Origin: Mobula hypostoma
Taxonomy: Eukaryota
Assembly: GCF_963921235.1 (NCBI RefSeq)
Contig: NC_086097.1
Span: forward strand, 218,676,001 to 218,740,000
Reading direction: 5' to 3'
Length of the DNA: 64,000 bases
The first letter of the stretch is position 1. Every line of letters begins with the position of its first letter. The position numbers and the translations under genes are program-made. The notes under the pieces were generated by a model. That model ran no database searches. It was given only the letters and a program-made list of their open reading frames with translations, and was not told the DNA's origin. Below are positions 51,157-63,698 of the stretch, piece after piece.

Positions 51157-52152
51157 CATAAGAAATAGGAGCAGGAGTAGGCCATCTGGCCCATTGAGCC
51201 TGCTTCACCATTCAGTAAAATCATGGCTGATCTGGCCATGGACTCATCTTCACATACCTGCTTTTTCCATATGTCCTTTAATTCCCCTACTATGCAAAAA
51301 TCTATCCAACCTTGTCTTAAATATATTTACTAAAGTAGCCTCCACTGCTTCATTAGGCAGAGAATTCCACAGATTCACCACCTCATCTCCATCCTAAATC
51401 TACTCCCCCGAATCTTGAAGCTATGTCCTCTAGTTCTAGTCTCTTCACCTACCAGTGGAAACAACTTTCCTGCCTCTACCTTATCTAACCCTTTCATAAT
51501 TTTATATGTTTCTATACGATCTCCTCTCATCAGATAGAACATAGAAACATAGAAAACCTACAGCACAATACAGGCCCTTTGGCCCACAAAGCTATGTCAA
51601 ACATGCCCTTACCTTAGAAATTAACTAGGTTTACCCATAGCCCTCTATTTTTCTGAGCTCCATGTACTTGTCCAAGAGTCCCTTAAAAGACCCTATCGTA
51701 TTCGCCTCAACCAGTCTCTGGCAGCCCATTCCACGCACTCACCACACTCTGCGTAAAAAAACTTACCCCTGACCTATCCTCTGTACCTACTTCCAAGCAC
51801 CTTAAAACTGTGCCCCCTCGTGCTGAATTCAGTCCCAGGTATCTCAATCTCTCCTCATAGTCTAACCCATCATCTCTGGAATCAACCTGATGAACCTCCT
51901 CTGCATTGCCTCCAAAGCCAGTACATCCTTCCTCAAGTAAGGAGAGCAGAACTGCATGCAGTACTCCAGGTGCAACCTCACCAGTACCCTGTACAGTTGC
52001 AGCATAACCTCCCTGTGCTTGAATTCAATCCCTCTAGCAATAAAGGCCAACATCCCATTTGCCATCTTGATAGCCTGCTGCACCTGCAAACCAACCTTTT
52101 GTGATTCATGCACAAGTACTCCCAAGTCCCTCTGCACAACAGCATGCTGCAA
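51157..52152 (-). mobile_element. CR1 fragment with a second CR1 (about 51531-51822) nested inside
   Basis: QRDLGVLVHESQKV..ANGMLAFIARG..LEYC; two distinct 3' tails. Confidence 0.85.
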
Positions 52153-52554
52153 TTGCAGTTGGTCTCAGGGCCTCTGGTTTAGAGACAGGAGAGTGAAAGT
52201 CAGTAAGCATGATACCAGTTCAGTGACTTGCACTGGAAAAAATGTCGGTCTGAATATTGGAGTTCAGATTCAGCTGTGAAAGTAAAAAACAGCTTTTATC
52301 ACCACTGTATTGATACGTAGATAATTGTTCAGGTGACTGTTACACAAGGAACATAATGCATGGTAATCTGTACCCTGGCATGATTGTCTTCGGTGGAAGG
52401 AAAAGATAAAATTTGAAATGAAAAATATTAAACATTTAAAACAACTTCAATTCACTAAAGAGCTTGTTAGGAAAAGCTCTAAGTATTTTGCCCTTCTTAA
52501 TTCATCACTTGCCTAAGTATTCTTGCAACCACATTATTAAAATGATGTAGTTGT

Positions 52555-54000
52555 ATCTAGAACTTAAATCTAAACAAAGGAAACTATGAATATACGAGGG
52601 GAGAATTTGCTGTGGTCAGTTTGAAAGGTATGATAATTACTAGTCAATGATTGGCTCTGATATAAATATGTTTTGCTATAAAAATCTCTTTTAGACTGTT
52701 ACCCTCAACAGGAAAGTGGTCTCTTTATGGTTGGCAGAAGAAATTAAAAGTCAGAATTAAGCAAGAGGCTCATAGAATTGCTAGATATAGTATTACGCCT
52801 AAGGCCTCAAATTTAAAGAATGTAGCAAAGAAGGACCAAGAAATTGATACAGAAAAGGAAATGGGACATGAGAGTAAACTAGTGAGAATCATATAATTGA
52901 TCATAAGAGTTTCCATAATTACATGCCAATAGCAAGAGCAAATATGGATTTCTTGCAGAGATGGGAGTTGATGTCTTTATGTGAGTTGCATCCATAGAAG
53001 AGAACAAAAAACTGGGTCTTCAGTATTGAGAAAGAGGAAATTAGCATCTGTAAAAAAAAAAGGGAAATTGGTGAGACTAAAGTGAGAACATCTAAGGACC
53101 TGATGATTTACACTGCAGAATTGACAATTTTGAATTATTTATTTATTGGTATTTGAAGGAAGACGATTGAGACAACAAGAGTGTTGAGTGCCAATCTTAA
53201 AAAATCTATAGAGTCTGGAATGGACCCTGCAAACGACCTAATTGTGACTACTTACGAGAAAGATGGAAAGAATACAAGATGACCTAGTAATCTGTTCAGA
53301 TGAAAACAGTAGAAGGAAGAAAGCCGGAATCTATAATGAAGGATGCCGTAAGAGAATATCTAGAAGAGAATTTTAGTATTGAGTGAAGTCAACATATTTG
53401 ACTGAACAATTAGCATTCTTTGAGAATTTGACTGGTGAAATAAATAAGGCAGAATCAGCGGATGTGAAGTATTTTGATTTTTGAAAAGGGCTCACACAGG
53501 CGGAAAAGATGAGCATGGTTAACAGGATGCAGAAAGTGAAAATAATTAAGTCATTGTTAGTTCGGAATACTATGAATTGTTGGGTACTTATCCTTCAGCT
53601 GTTCACAATCAATATCAGTGATTTGGCCAAATGTCATAATTCCAAGCATGCTTATGATGTAAAACTAGATGGGAATGTGAGTAGGAAGGAGGATGTAAAG
53701 AGAGTTCAAGGAGATATACAAGTCCACTGAGTGAACATAATCTCAGGATAAGGGAATTATTTCAATTAGATAGAAATGAAGGAAAATCCCTTCACTGAGA
53801 GAGTGGTGAATCTTTGGAATTCTCTCCATTAATGGCAGTTGAGACATTGAAAATAGATCAATAGATATTTAGGTAGTAAGTTAATTGAGGGTTATGTGAA
53901 TACTACAGGGAAATGACACTGCGGTGAAATATCAGCATTGATGCTAAAAATGACAGAAAACGGAAGAGATAGATGGTCTAATCCTGCTCCTAATTCTTAT
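52555..54000 (+). mobile_element. Highly degenerate CR1
   Basis: aaaggaaactatgaa, DVKYFDF*K, QLFTINISDL remnants and an aatcctgctcctaattcttat tail. Confidence 0.6.
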
Positions 54001-54184
54001 ATTCATATTTTAATTTTAATACCATATAAATAATAGATAATAAAATCACAAATCCTTTAATACAAATTTACATCTGTATCATTTGCAGATGACATATATA
54101 AATCAATCTGTTGAAATATTCAATAGATTTGGAAATAAATATTCTTTGTGTATGTAGTTTGAAAATAAGCAATGAGACCTTCTC

Positions 54185-54535
54185 TTTCTGCTCCCCTTCT
54201 GTGAACTCTGCTGCCCTCTGATTCTTCGACCATGTACCCACCCAGACTTGTTACCACCCAGACTTGTTACCACAGCCACTTATCCTTCCTGGGAACCTGT
54301 ACCCACCAGGCTTCACCTTTCACCTTCTACTAACCTTCTTCCTTCCTGTCCCCCCCACCCCCCACCACCTTTATATTCTGGTGTCTTCCCCCTTCCTTTC
54401 CACTCCCGAAGAAGGGTCTCGGCCCAAAACATCAACTGCTTATTAATTTCCATAGATGCTGCCTGAGCTTCTGAGTTCCTTCAGCATTTTGTGTGTGGTG
54501 CTTTGGATTTCCAGCATCTGCAGAATTTATCATGC
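54185..54535 (+). mobile_element. PLE terminal repeat remnant
   Basis: ccgaagaagggtctcggcccaaaacatcaactg...gatttccagcatctgcag. Confidence 0.75.
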
Positions 54536-54881
54536 TTAGAATCAATATATACTTGGTGTAGACATTCCTTTACAGAAATAAGAGCATATTTATATTTATA
54601 TAGTAGACCATAGTATCATAAATGCATACGAACAGGGGAAATTGAAATTTGAATCATTGAATATTTCCTTAGGAATAAATGCTCTCTAAAAACCAATGCT
54701 ATTTTTTCAAGTAAAAATGAATTTCTGTGTATATTCTGATTTCTACCACTGAATCTAAGAATTTTTGATACATTGCATGATTCTAGTGTACTGTGCAGTT
54801 ACCAGTTCATGATGTCGTAATATTGGTGTAGCACCAGTTTGCTGGTAATTGCATTTTCTAATAAGGTGTTTTTTTTCTCAG

Positions 54882-54923
54882 AGGTACAGCAGCGAATATT
54901 CCTGGCTCTTCTTGAAAATACAG
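54882..54923 (+). CDS. PREX2: PREX2 coding exon, 42 nt
   Basis: ttttttctcAG acceptor, G|GTAATG donor. (E)VQQRIFLALLENT(D) vs PREX2 EVKCRLLLALLEYSD. Phase 1/1 bridges the flanking exons. Confidence 0.88.
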
Positions 54924-56182
54924 GTAATGTCAAAGCCCATTAAATTGAAACAAATTAATTAATGGTGGTATGTATCTTAGTTTTGCAGTCTGCAGACAGT
55001 CATAAATGGCTCACTCCTGTTACAGGAATATTGGATTAATGCCAGGGTCATCCAATGATCCTTCACTATAACAAGCTATTGCTACTTGAGAATTATTCCA
55101 ACCTTAACCTTATGTATGTAGCTCAGCTGAATAAAGGATTACAACATTTTTCCACGAAATAGTTAAAGTTCCCAAGCAAAATTATTACTATTAATAATAC
55201 ATGATTTCTGATGGAATAATCAATTATAATTGTCACTGAATACCATATATTTATAGTTAACTTAGTCATGTTGAATTGTACATTTATTGGCACAAAGAGA
55301 AACTGAATAAATTATTTTGTATGGAAGGGACAGTTATGATAACAGTCTTTTTGGCCAGTTCTAATGAAGCTACTGCATTGATATACTGAGCATTGAAATA
55401 TAAAATCTGCATCATAATTGAGAAATTCAATTCATGATTTGATACTTGACCTAACTGGATTCTGTTAAGTAGGGAGAGGTGATTTCATGTTTCTTTAGCA
55501 ACAAATGGTATTTCATGTAAATGTACCAAATTGAGTTCTTGATTCTAGGTTGGCTTTTCATGTTTCATTATGATCTAAGTTTAAAACCAATGTATGATGT
55601 GATTGGGCAGTACTTTGCTGATTACTTCAAGGGAATAACCAGCTTCAGAGCAGGTATAAGCATATTACCACTTCAGCACAGTGGAGATCAGAACTCATGA
55701 TGTTTCAAAAAAAAGATGCTCTTGAAGAGAACACTGAAATTTTGAGTCAGCGTTATAATTTTTTACTGCTGGCTCATACTGCCCTCTTATAACTGCTAAG
55801 TATAAAACACAAAGGCTATTAATTTGTTAATGATCCATTTATTTGCTGTGTTATGAGAAGTGCTGAACTAGCATTATTAGATTTTACTAGATATCTGTAT
55901 GTGAATGTTACAAGCTCTTTGTTTCCAAGTGATATTTATTGACCAATTTGTGGGATATCTCATGAACATCTCTCATGCCACTGTCCCCTTGAATAGTTAT
56001 AGTAATTCAATCTAATAATTTTCCCCCATAAATTTCTTACGACTTTTGTCAAAGTGAAATTCAAGGAATCATGCTGGAGGGAAGAAGAGCGAATAACTTC
56101 ATCTCCCATAAAATCTGAAACCCATCAATACTTTCAGTAAAAATAAATACTCACCAGAGGATGGAATCTGCAAGGATCGTTA

Positions 56183-56560
56183 ACTTGTCATGGTGGAGGG
56201 ACTTGTGAGCTCCTAAGGTCATGAGAGCAATGCCTTCTGAGTTTAGTCATCTGGTGCTTAGCTGCTGGTAGGGTCATCCATGCTGATAAGGTCAAGTGAA
56301 AGGTTCCAGACAAAGAGTGCTCCAACCAGCGCCTCGATGGTGGAGCTAATGGAAGATGATGACACATCACAATGGCAGAAAAAGTGGAGGAAGGGGGCAG
56401 CAGTGAGGGATCTTCAGTTTTCTTGCACTCCAGGCCACTGAATTCTGACCCTGATCTGTCAAGGATTGTGACAGCTGCCCATGTTAAACAAAATCATGTG
56501 CTGTGTGTTGTCCAGACAACCCCTTAAGAGGACATCATTCTTGACTCCGGTAATCACAGT
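56183..56560 (+). mobile_element. RTE/Expander-like 5'UTR-derived non-autonomous element
   Basis: cttgtcatggtggagggacttg...ctggtagggtcatccatg...ccagacaaagag resembles the recalled Expander/BovB 5' UTR; no ORF follows. Confidence 0.5.
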
Positions 56561-57309
56561 ACTGGAAATAATTTACTCATTGACGCTGTACTGTGACTTA
56601 AGCAGCAAAATCAGTTGTGTGTAAGGATGCATTTTTGAAATTGCATTTATTTCCATTTGAAATTCAATAGCACAGAGTCTATATTGCAGTGCAGGTAATC
56701 CAGTTCCCACCACAATGTCTGAAAAAAAAAATTCAGCTAATTAAGTAAATCTGGAATAAAAATGTACTTCCAGTGAAGGTGGTCATGAAGCTACAGACCT
56801 GTTAAAAGCTTAAGGAAGTAAATCTGCCACAGTTGTGCAATATGGCCTGGCTGTGTTTTCAGGCTCTCAGAGATCTTAATTGTATGAGACCACCATGACA
56901 CAGCAAAAAGAAGGAAAACAGACTGCTTGTTTGACATAGGTCAGGTACATCCACTTTCCATTTCTCTTCAGCAACAAATTGGGAGATGTCCCACAGAGTA
57001 ATGAATAAGCAGAATCATACCTTTAAACCAAAGTCATCATCAGGCCTTTGTTTAGTTATAATCGGGGTTACGGATTATAACTAATAGCATTAGTTATTAG
57101 CAGCATTAGCTCTGGAACTCATGGAGTTTTATGCTTCAGGTCAAATATAGGTAAGGAAACCTGATAATTACCAATTCTGGTCATCTGTCCATGAGTGAAT
57201 CATTACTTCTTCACATTGAACGCCACTTGGAAGAAGGTAATAGGGCATCCTATGTAACCTGGACTTCACTGAGAAAGGTGTAATTGCAATGTTCGTCGTC
57301 AACCTGGCC

Positions 57310-57966
57310 TGATCCCCTATTGACATCAATGGATCTGGGGCTGAGAGGGTAAACAGCTTTAAGTTCCTCAGCATCCACATCACTGAGGACCTCACGTGAT
57401 CTGTACACACCAGCTGTGTAGTGAAAAAGGCACAACAGTGTCTCTTTCACCTCAGACATTTGAGGAAGTTTGGTATAGGCCCCCAGATCCTAAGAACTTT
57501 CTACAGGGGCACAATTGAGGGCATCCTGACTGCCCACTGCCTACTACGGGAACTGTACTTCCCTTAATCGCAGGATTCTGCAGAGAGTGGTGAGGACAGC
57601 CCAGTGCATCTGTAGTTGTGAACCTCCCATGGTTCAGGACATCTACAAAGACAGGTGTGATAAAAGGGCCCGAAGGATTAATGGGGACCCGAGTCACCCC
57701 AGCCACAATCTAGTCCAGCTGCTACCATCTGGGAAATGGTACTGTAGCACAAAAGCTAGGACCAACAAGCTCCGGACAGCTTCTTCCACCAGGCTGTCAG
57801 ACTGATTAACTCACGCTGATTTGAGTGTATTTCTATGTTACATTGACTGTTCTATTTATTATAAATTACTATGATTGCACATTGCACATTTCGATGCAGA
57901 CGTAACATAAAGGTTCTTACTCCTCGTATATGTGAAGGATATAAGAAATAAAGTCATTTCAATTCT
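57310..57966 (+). mobile_element. Rex1/Babar-like LINE 3' fragment
   Basis: FKFLSIHITEDL, LQRVVRTAQ, DPSHPSH..QLLPSGK; aataaagtcatttcaattc tail. Confidence 0.85.
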
Positions 57967-58419
57967 GTGACCAACATAAATGAATATAGTAACTCCTGAA
58001 CAGAGAATAGAGTTCTCAAATGAACCATCTTTTTGAACCATTATGTAGTACCTATTGTTTCTTAATAACTGTTGAGATCTTATCTTGCCAAACAGCTGTA
58101 TAAAAAATTGTCCAGATTTAATTAGATAATTCAATGTGCAGTTTTTAGTTCACCGCTCTCACCTTTCTATGAAAGCAGATGAAAAACAAAACCCTGGTTG
58201 CAATCCTCTGGCAAGACACAAATGAATTCAATATAGAAGACACATGTAGTAAAAAAAAATATAAAGACCTGTCTAAAATTTGTTATTTAGTCCTAATCCA
58301 GGTAAAATCAAGATTTGCAACATTTCACTGTTTCCCAGTGAGTTGTGGGTGTGGGGTGGGATCTGGTATAAGGACAGCATGATGAAGAGAGATTAGAATA
58401 AAGGACGGACTGAAGAATG

Positions 58420-58845
58420 AGAACAATAACTTAGCTTGCAGAAAATGGATTGGATAACCTAAAGGTTGAGAGAGGAATCTGACTGAAACTTATTGAATTT
58501 TATAAGATCTGGATAGACTGCATATGAAGAGGCTGTTTTCAGTAGTGGGACAATGCAGGAGCAGATGGCACAGCCTCAGAATACAAGAATGCCTTTAGAA
58601 CAGAGATAAGGAGGAATTTCTTTAGCCAATCTCTGGAATTCATAGTCAAAGATGGCTGTGGAGGCCAATTTATTGGGTATATATTTATAATAGACGTTGA
58701 TAAGTTCTTGATTAGTAAGGGTGTCAAAGGTTACAGGGAGAAGGCAGGAAAATGGGGTTGAGAGGGATAATAAATCAGCCATGACTGAATGGCAGAAAAG
58801 ACTTGATGGGTCAAATGGCCCAATTCTGCTCCTATGTCTTTTGTT
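58420..58845 (+). mobile_element. Degenerate CR1 3' end
   Basis: gaggaatttctttagcca...ggttacagggagaaggcagga...aattctgctcctatgtctt. Confidence 0.75.
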
Positions 58846-59309
58846 TACCAGAACCATAAAATGTGGGTAAAAGGTCCAAGGCTTATTTAAGAAAAATTCT
58901 ATTTAAAAACAGAATTTAGTTTAAACATACTTGAAGGTTCTCTGGTCTCCAAATGATTAAAAACATGCTGTAGAAAATAGTAAGAAAATTTACATAGAGG
59001 TGATTTCATCTACTGTAGGTCTTTAAAATTATAACGGAGCAAAAAATTATTTTCCTTTGTGAGGGTCTTAAACTAGCGGTCTAATTCTAAGACTGACTCT
59101 AATGCTTGGCGAAGGTGCTTATTTTTCAGAAACAGCTCAGGAAAGGAACAAATTGATGTGACAAATTTCAAATGCTGACCATAAATTTTAGGGCTGCTAT
59201 CACATTTCCAATGTAGTTGCAGCAAAGTAGTGCTAGAAATCTGCTAGAGGTGATATTGGGCAAATCAATTCTTCAATGGTACACATAGTAGTATGTTGTC
59301 TCAGGAATT

Positions 59310-60960
59310 GACATTCAAGTTGAGGTAGTAAATTGGAATAGACATTGGATTTGTGGGAGAAGACAGAGAGTGGTAGTTATGGTGACTGGCAGGGCAGTGT
59401 GGAGTGTGGTAGGGATCTGGGAATATAGATCCATAATTCCCGAAAGTGGCATCACAGGTTCATAAAGGAAGTTTTTGGCACATTGGCCTTCATAAATCAA
59501 AGTATTTGAGTACAAGAGTTGGGATGTTTTGTTGAAGTTGTGTAAGACATTACCGAATTTGCAGTATTGAGTACAGTTTTGGTCACTCAGTGCCCTGCCA
59601 CACACTGGTTTGTTTGCCCAAAGTGCAATGCTTTACACTTTTCTCCGTCAACATCCATCTGCCATTTTTCAGACCATTTTTCCAGCTGGTCTAGATCCCA
59701 CTACAAGTTTTGATAGCCTTCCTCACTACCCACTATGCCCCATTCTTGCTGTCATCTGCAAATTTGATGATCCAGTTTACTATATTATCATTCAGATTGT
59801 TGATATAGATGACAAACAACAATGAGCCCAGCACCGATCCCCATACAGAGTGCACAGAAAATTTACGAGGATATTGCTGGGACTTGGATCTGAGTTAGAG
59901 GGAAAGGTTGAGTAGGATAAAACTTTATTTCCTAGAGCATAGGTGAATGAGGGCAGATTGACAGAGGTACATAAAATTATGAGAGGTTTAGATAGGATAA
60001 ATATAAGCAGGTTTTTCCCACTGAGGTTGGGTGAAACTAGAACTAGAGGTCATAGGTTAAGCATGATAGGTGAAATGTTTAAGGAGAACATGAGGGGGAA
60101 CTTCTTCATCTAAACGTTGATAAGCATGTGGAATGAGCTTCTTGCAGAAGTGGTGGATGAAGACACGCAGTCTCCTTTTATTGTCATTTATTAATGCATG
60201 CATTAAGAAATGATACAATATTTCCTCCAGTGTGATATCACAAAAAACACAGGACAAACCAAGACTGAAAAAACTGACAAAACCACATAATTATACATAT
60301 AGTTACAACAGTGCACAATACCATAACTTGATGAAGAAAGTCCGTGAGCACAGTAAAGTTCAAAGTTTCTCAAATGTCCCACATCTCACGCAGACGGGAG
60401 AGGGAAGAAAAACTCTCCCTGCCATTCCCACCACAATCTGACCAGAGTTCCGAAAACCTCGAGCCTCCAATCAGCTCTCCGACACCGAGTCCTGAGCGCC
60501 ATCTCTGTCCGAGCGATTCAACCTCTTTCTCGGTCGCCAAAAGCAGACAAGGCCGGGGATTTTGAGGCCTACCCTCTGAAAGATTCCCGACCACACAGTA
60601 ACGACAGCAGCGGATGGGCGTTTCAGAAATTTCTCCAGATGCTCCTCTGTGATTTTACGTCTGTCTCCATCAAATCAGAAATTGTCCATGGCCCCTACTT
60701 AACAGATACGACATCATTTTTCACCGGAGAGCTGCGCATGCACGGTGCGCTGCCATCTTCTCCTCCCGCCTCCTCCCAGATGAGCGTTTGATTTCAATAT
60801 TTAAGAGAAATTTGGATAGATACATGCATGGGTAGGGTATGGAGAGATATACTCCAGAAGTAGGTCTATGGGACTCGGCAGATTAATAGTTTGAGTCCAA
60901 TTAATAGTTGAGCACGGACTATTCCTGTGCTGTAGTGTTTTATGGCTCTATGATTCTATA
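59310..60960 (+). mobile_element. Rearranged CR1 with an inverted internal segment and a nested element
   Basis: Plus-strand CR1 RT/3' remnants; inverted RT segment 59586-59842; insertion 60160-60778. Confidence 0.75.
60160..60778 (-). mobile_element. Non-autonomous LINE-derived element (GC-rich head, AATAAA tail)
   Basis: Minus strand starts GGGAGGAGGCGGGAGGAGAAGATGGCAGCGC and ends ...AATGACAATAAAAGGAGACTGCGTGT; GATGA flanks; no RT ORF. Confidence 0.6.
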
Positions 60961-61119
60961 ACTTCTTTATTCTTCTTTGCCAATGTCATAATCGACCACA
61001 ATACTATAAAGTGTTAGGAGATTTAATTGTAATTATTTTTGAAGTAAAAACTGAGAGATGCTTTATGACTAATAATTCATTTATCTTTTGTTCCCTATGT
61101 GTTTTTTTTGCTTTCTCAG

Positions 61120-61337
61120 ATACCGAGATTCAACTCAGACAGGATATGGTGTTTTGTCAAAGTCTGGTGGCCACAGTTTGTGCTTTCTCGGAACAGCTGT
61201 TGGCGGCATTGCATCAGATGTATGACACTAACAGGGAGTACGAAATCGAGGCACAGGAGGCGAGTAGAAAATGGTTGGAACAAATAGCCAATGCAGGAAT
61301 CCTCTTTCACTTCCAGTCACTGCTATCTCCTAATCTG
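61120..61337 (+). CDS. PREX2: PREX2 coding exon, 218 nt (last in window)
   Basis: ctttctcAG acceptor, CTG|GTAAGA donor. (D)[35 protein letters not shown]...[27 protein letters not shown] matches the PREX2 IP4P-like domain. Confidence 0.95.
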
Positions 61338-61761
61338 GTAAGAAGAGCAATGTGCGGAATCTATTTCAAAGTTTTGTCGGCCATGCACTGTACATGTTTA
61401 CTGTAGGTTGTATCTGGCTGATTGAATAACATGATCTACATCTTCCGAATTTATGTAATATGAACTATAGAGGAATTACAGAAGGTAATTGAGTATAAAG
61501 TTGTTGGGTAAAATATTTAATGTCCAGTTCACAGATAATTGACCAGCCAAAAGGTTAGGGGGCTATATTCTGAAACGTTTAGCCGCCAAGATGAAGGAAG
61601 AGCCTGAGCAGAATAACAGGATAGAGGCTTGGAGCACTTGCCACTTCTGTACTGACAGTAAATTTGTGGAGCATACTGTCAGATGTTGATTAAAATTATA
61701 ATGAATGGGTTACTTAATCTCTCTGTATTGTACAGCTACTGTATAATATGGGACTACTTTA

Positions 61762-61946
61762 TGTTGTAGGGACACGTCGTTGCATGTGCTATTAGGCAAG
61801 TATTGAGCATGCGCTATTAGGTGCGTATTGATCTGTATGTGTGTGTTCAGTCCGGTTTCAGTCAGTAAAGAACCCTGTTAACTTAGCTCCCGTCTCCAAC
61901 GTTTTTATTTATAGCTTCGTTGTGTAACCCTGCCACATACACAACA
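61762..61946 (+). mobile_element. Probable short solo LTR (185 bp)
   Basis: TGTTGT...ACAACA termini, AGTAAA signal, CpG-richer than flanks; TSD weak. Confidence 0.6.
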
Positions 61947-62084
61947 CTCTCAAATCTGCTTCCATTGAATTTCGACTTCCGTTGGCGGTGCAAACTTATT
62001 GCATGCATTTCTCTGCTTCCACAATTTGATTCCACTAAATTTTTAGACAGTAAACTCCCAAATGCTGAACTCCAAGATAGCTGC

Positions 62085-62670
62085 TAGAATATTCCCATTC
62101 ACATTTCTACATGTTGGTCCATGGCCTCCTCTACAGCTACAATAAGGCCACTCTCAGTATGGAGGAGCATCACCTCATATTCTGTCTGGGTAACCTACAA
62201 TCTAATCTACAGATTTCTCTAACTTCCGGCAATTTCTCCCCTACCCCTCCTCTTTTTACTATTTCTCATTCTGGTTCCTCTCTTACACCTTCTCCTCCTC
62301 ACCTGCCTATCACCATCCTTTGGAGCATATCATTCTTTCCTTTCTCCCTTGGTCCACGCTCCTCTCCTATCAGATTCCTTCTTCTTCAGCTCTTTACCTT
62401 TTCTACCTATCACCTCTCAGATTCTCACTTCATCTCTCTCCCCACCCAACAACCTTCCCCTCACCTGGTTTCACCTATCACCTTCTAGCTTATACGCCTT
62501 CCCCTACTCCTCACCTTCTTATTCTGACTTCTTCACCCTTCCTTTCCAGCCATGATGAAGGGTTTCAGTCAATTCTTTATTTCTTTCCATGCCTGACTTG
62601 CTAAGTTCCTACACCATTTTTTCCTGTATGTTACTCAGGATTTCCAGCATCTGCAGAATCTCATGTTTAT
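62085..62670 (+). mobile_element. Old PLE 3' remnant
   Basis: VHGLL...EEHHLIFCLGNLQ, then a pyrimidine-rich tract and gatttccagcatctgcag. Confidence 0.75.
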
Positions 62671-63126
62671 GATTTCCAGCTGGAATATTTCTTGGCTTTC
62701 ATCAAATCTTTCTACAGTTTGCAATCTGTGGTAAAACATTACCTCACTGGGTATAGCAGAACAATTGAAAACATTGGTACCTAACAAAATCTAGCCCCTC
62801 TTGGCCCCTCTGGTACGTTACAAAAGCTACAATGCATGTTTGTTGAAAAGAAAACAATAAAACAATCAGCTTCATCAGATATATTCAAAATTAAAAGGAT
62901 GGGCAGAAGCAGATAGAAAGGTTCTAGGGTTAGTGATGGAAGCAGAAGCTTGGATGAGTAATTAACAGTACAGAAATGAAAAGTCAGACAGGAAATGAGA
63001 AGAATAATATTTTAATTACTAAGAATATTATATTTTAAATATGAGAAGTTGCCTTTCTTAGTATTTTCTTTTAATACTATTTCGAACAATATTTCAAACT
63101 CAGTCTTGAATATGAATGCTTGTACT

Positions 63127-63698
63127 CATAGAAACATAGACACATAGAAAATCTACAGCACAATACAGGCCCTTCGGCCCACAAAGCTGTGCCGACCATG
63201 TCCTTACCTTAGAAATTACCTAAGGTTACTCATAGTCCTCTATTTTTCTCCACGTACCTGACCAGGAGTCTTTTAAGACTCTATCGTATCCGCTTTCACC
63301 ACTGTTGCCGGCAGCCCATTCCACACACTCACCACTCTGCGTAAAAAAACTTACCCCTGACATCTCCTCTGTACCTGCTTCCAAGTACCTTAAAGCTGTG
63401 CCCTCTCGTACTAGGCATTTCAGCCCTGGGAAAAAACCTCTGACATCCACACGATCAATGCCTCTCGTCATCTTATACACCTCTATCAAGTCAGCTCTCA
63501 TCCTCCATCGCTCCAAGGAGAAAAGGCCAAGTTCACTCAACCTATTCTCATAAGGCGTGTTCCCCAATCCAGGCAACATCCTTGTAAATCTCCTCTACAC
63601 CCTTTCTATGGTTTCCACATCCTTCCTGTAGTGAGGCGACCAGAACTGAGCACAGTATTCCAAGTGGTGTCTGACAGGGTCCTATATAGCTGCAACAT
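63127..63698 (-). mobile_element. CR1 3' fragment
   Basis: MLPGLG..YENRLSELGLFSLE..RMRADLIEVYK; (atagaaac)n tail. Confidence 0.9.
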
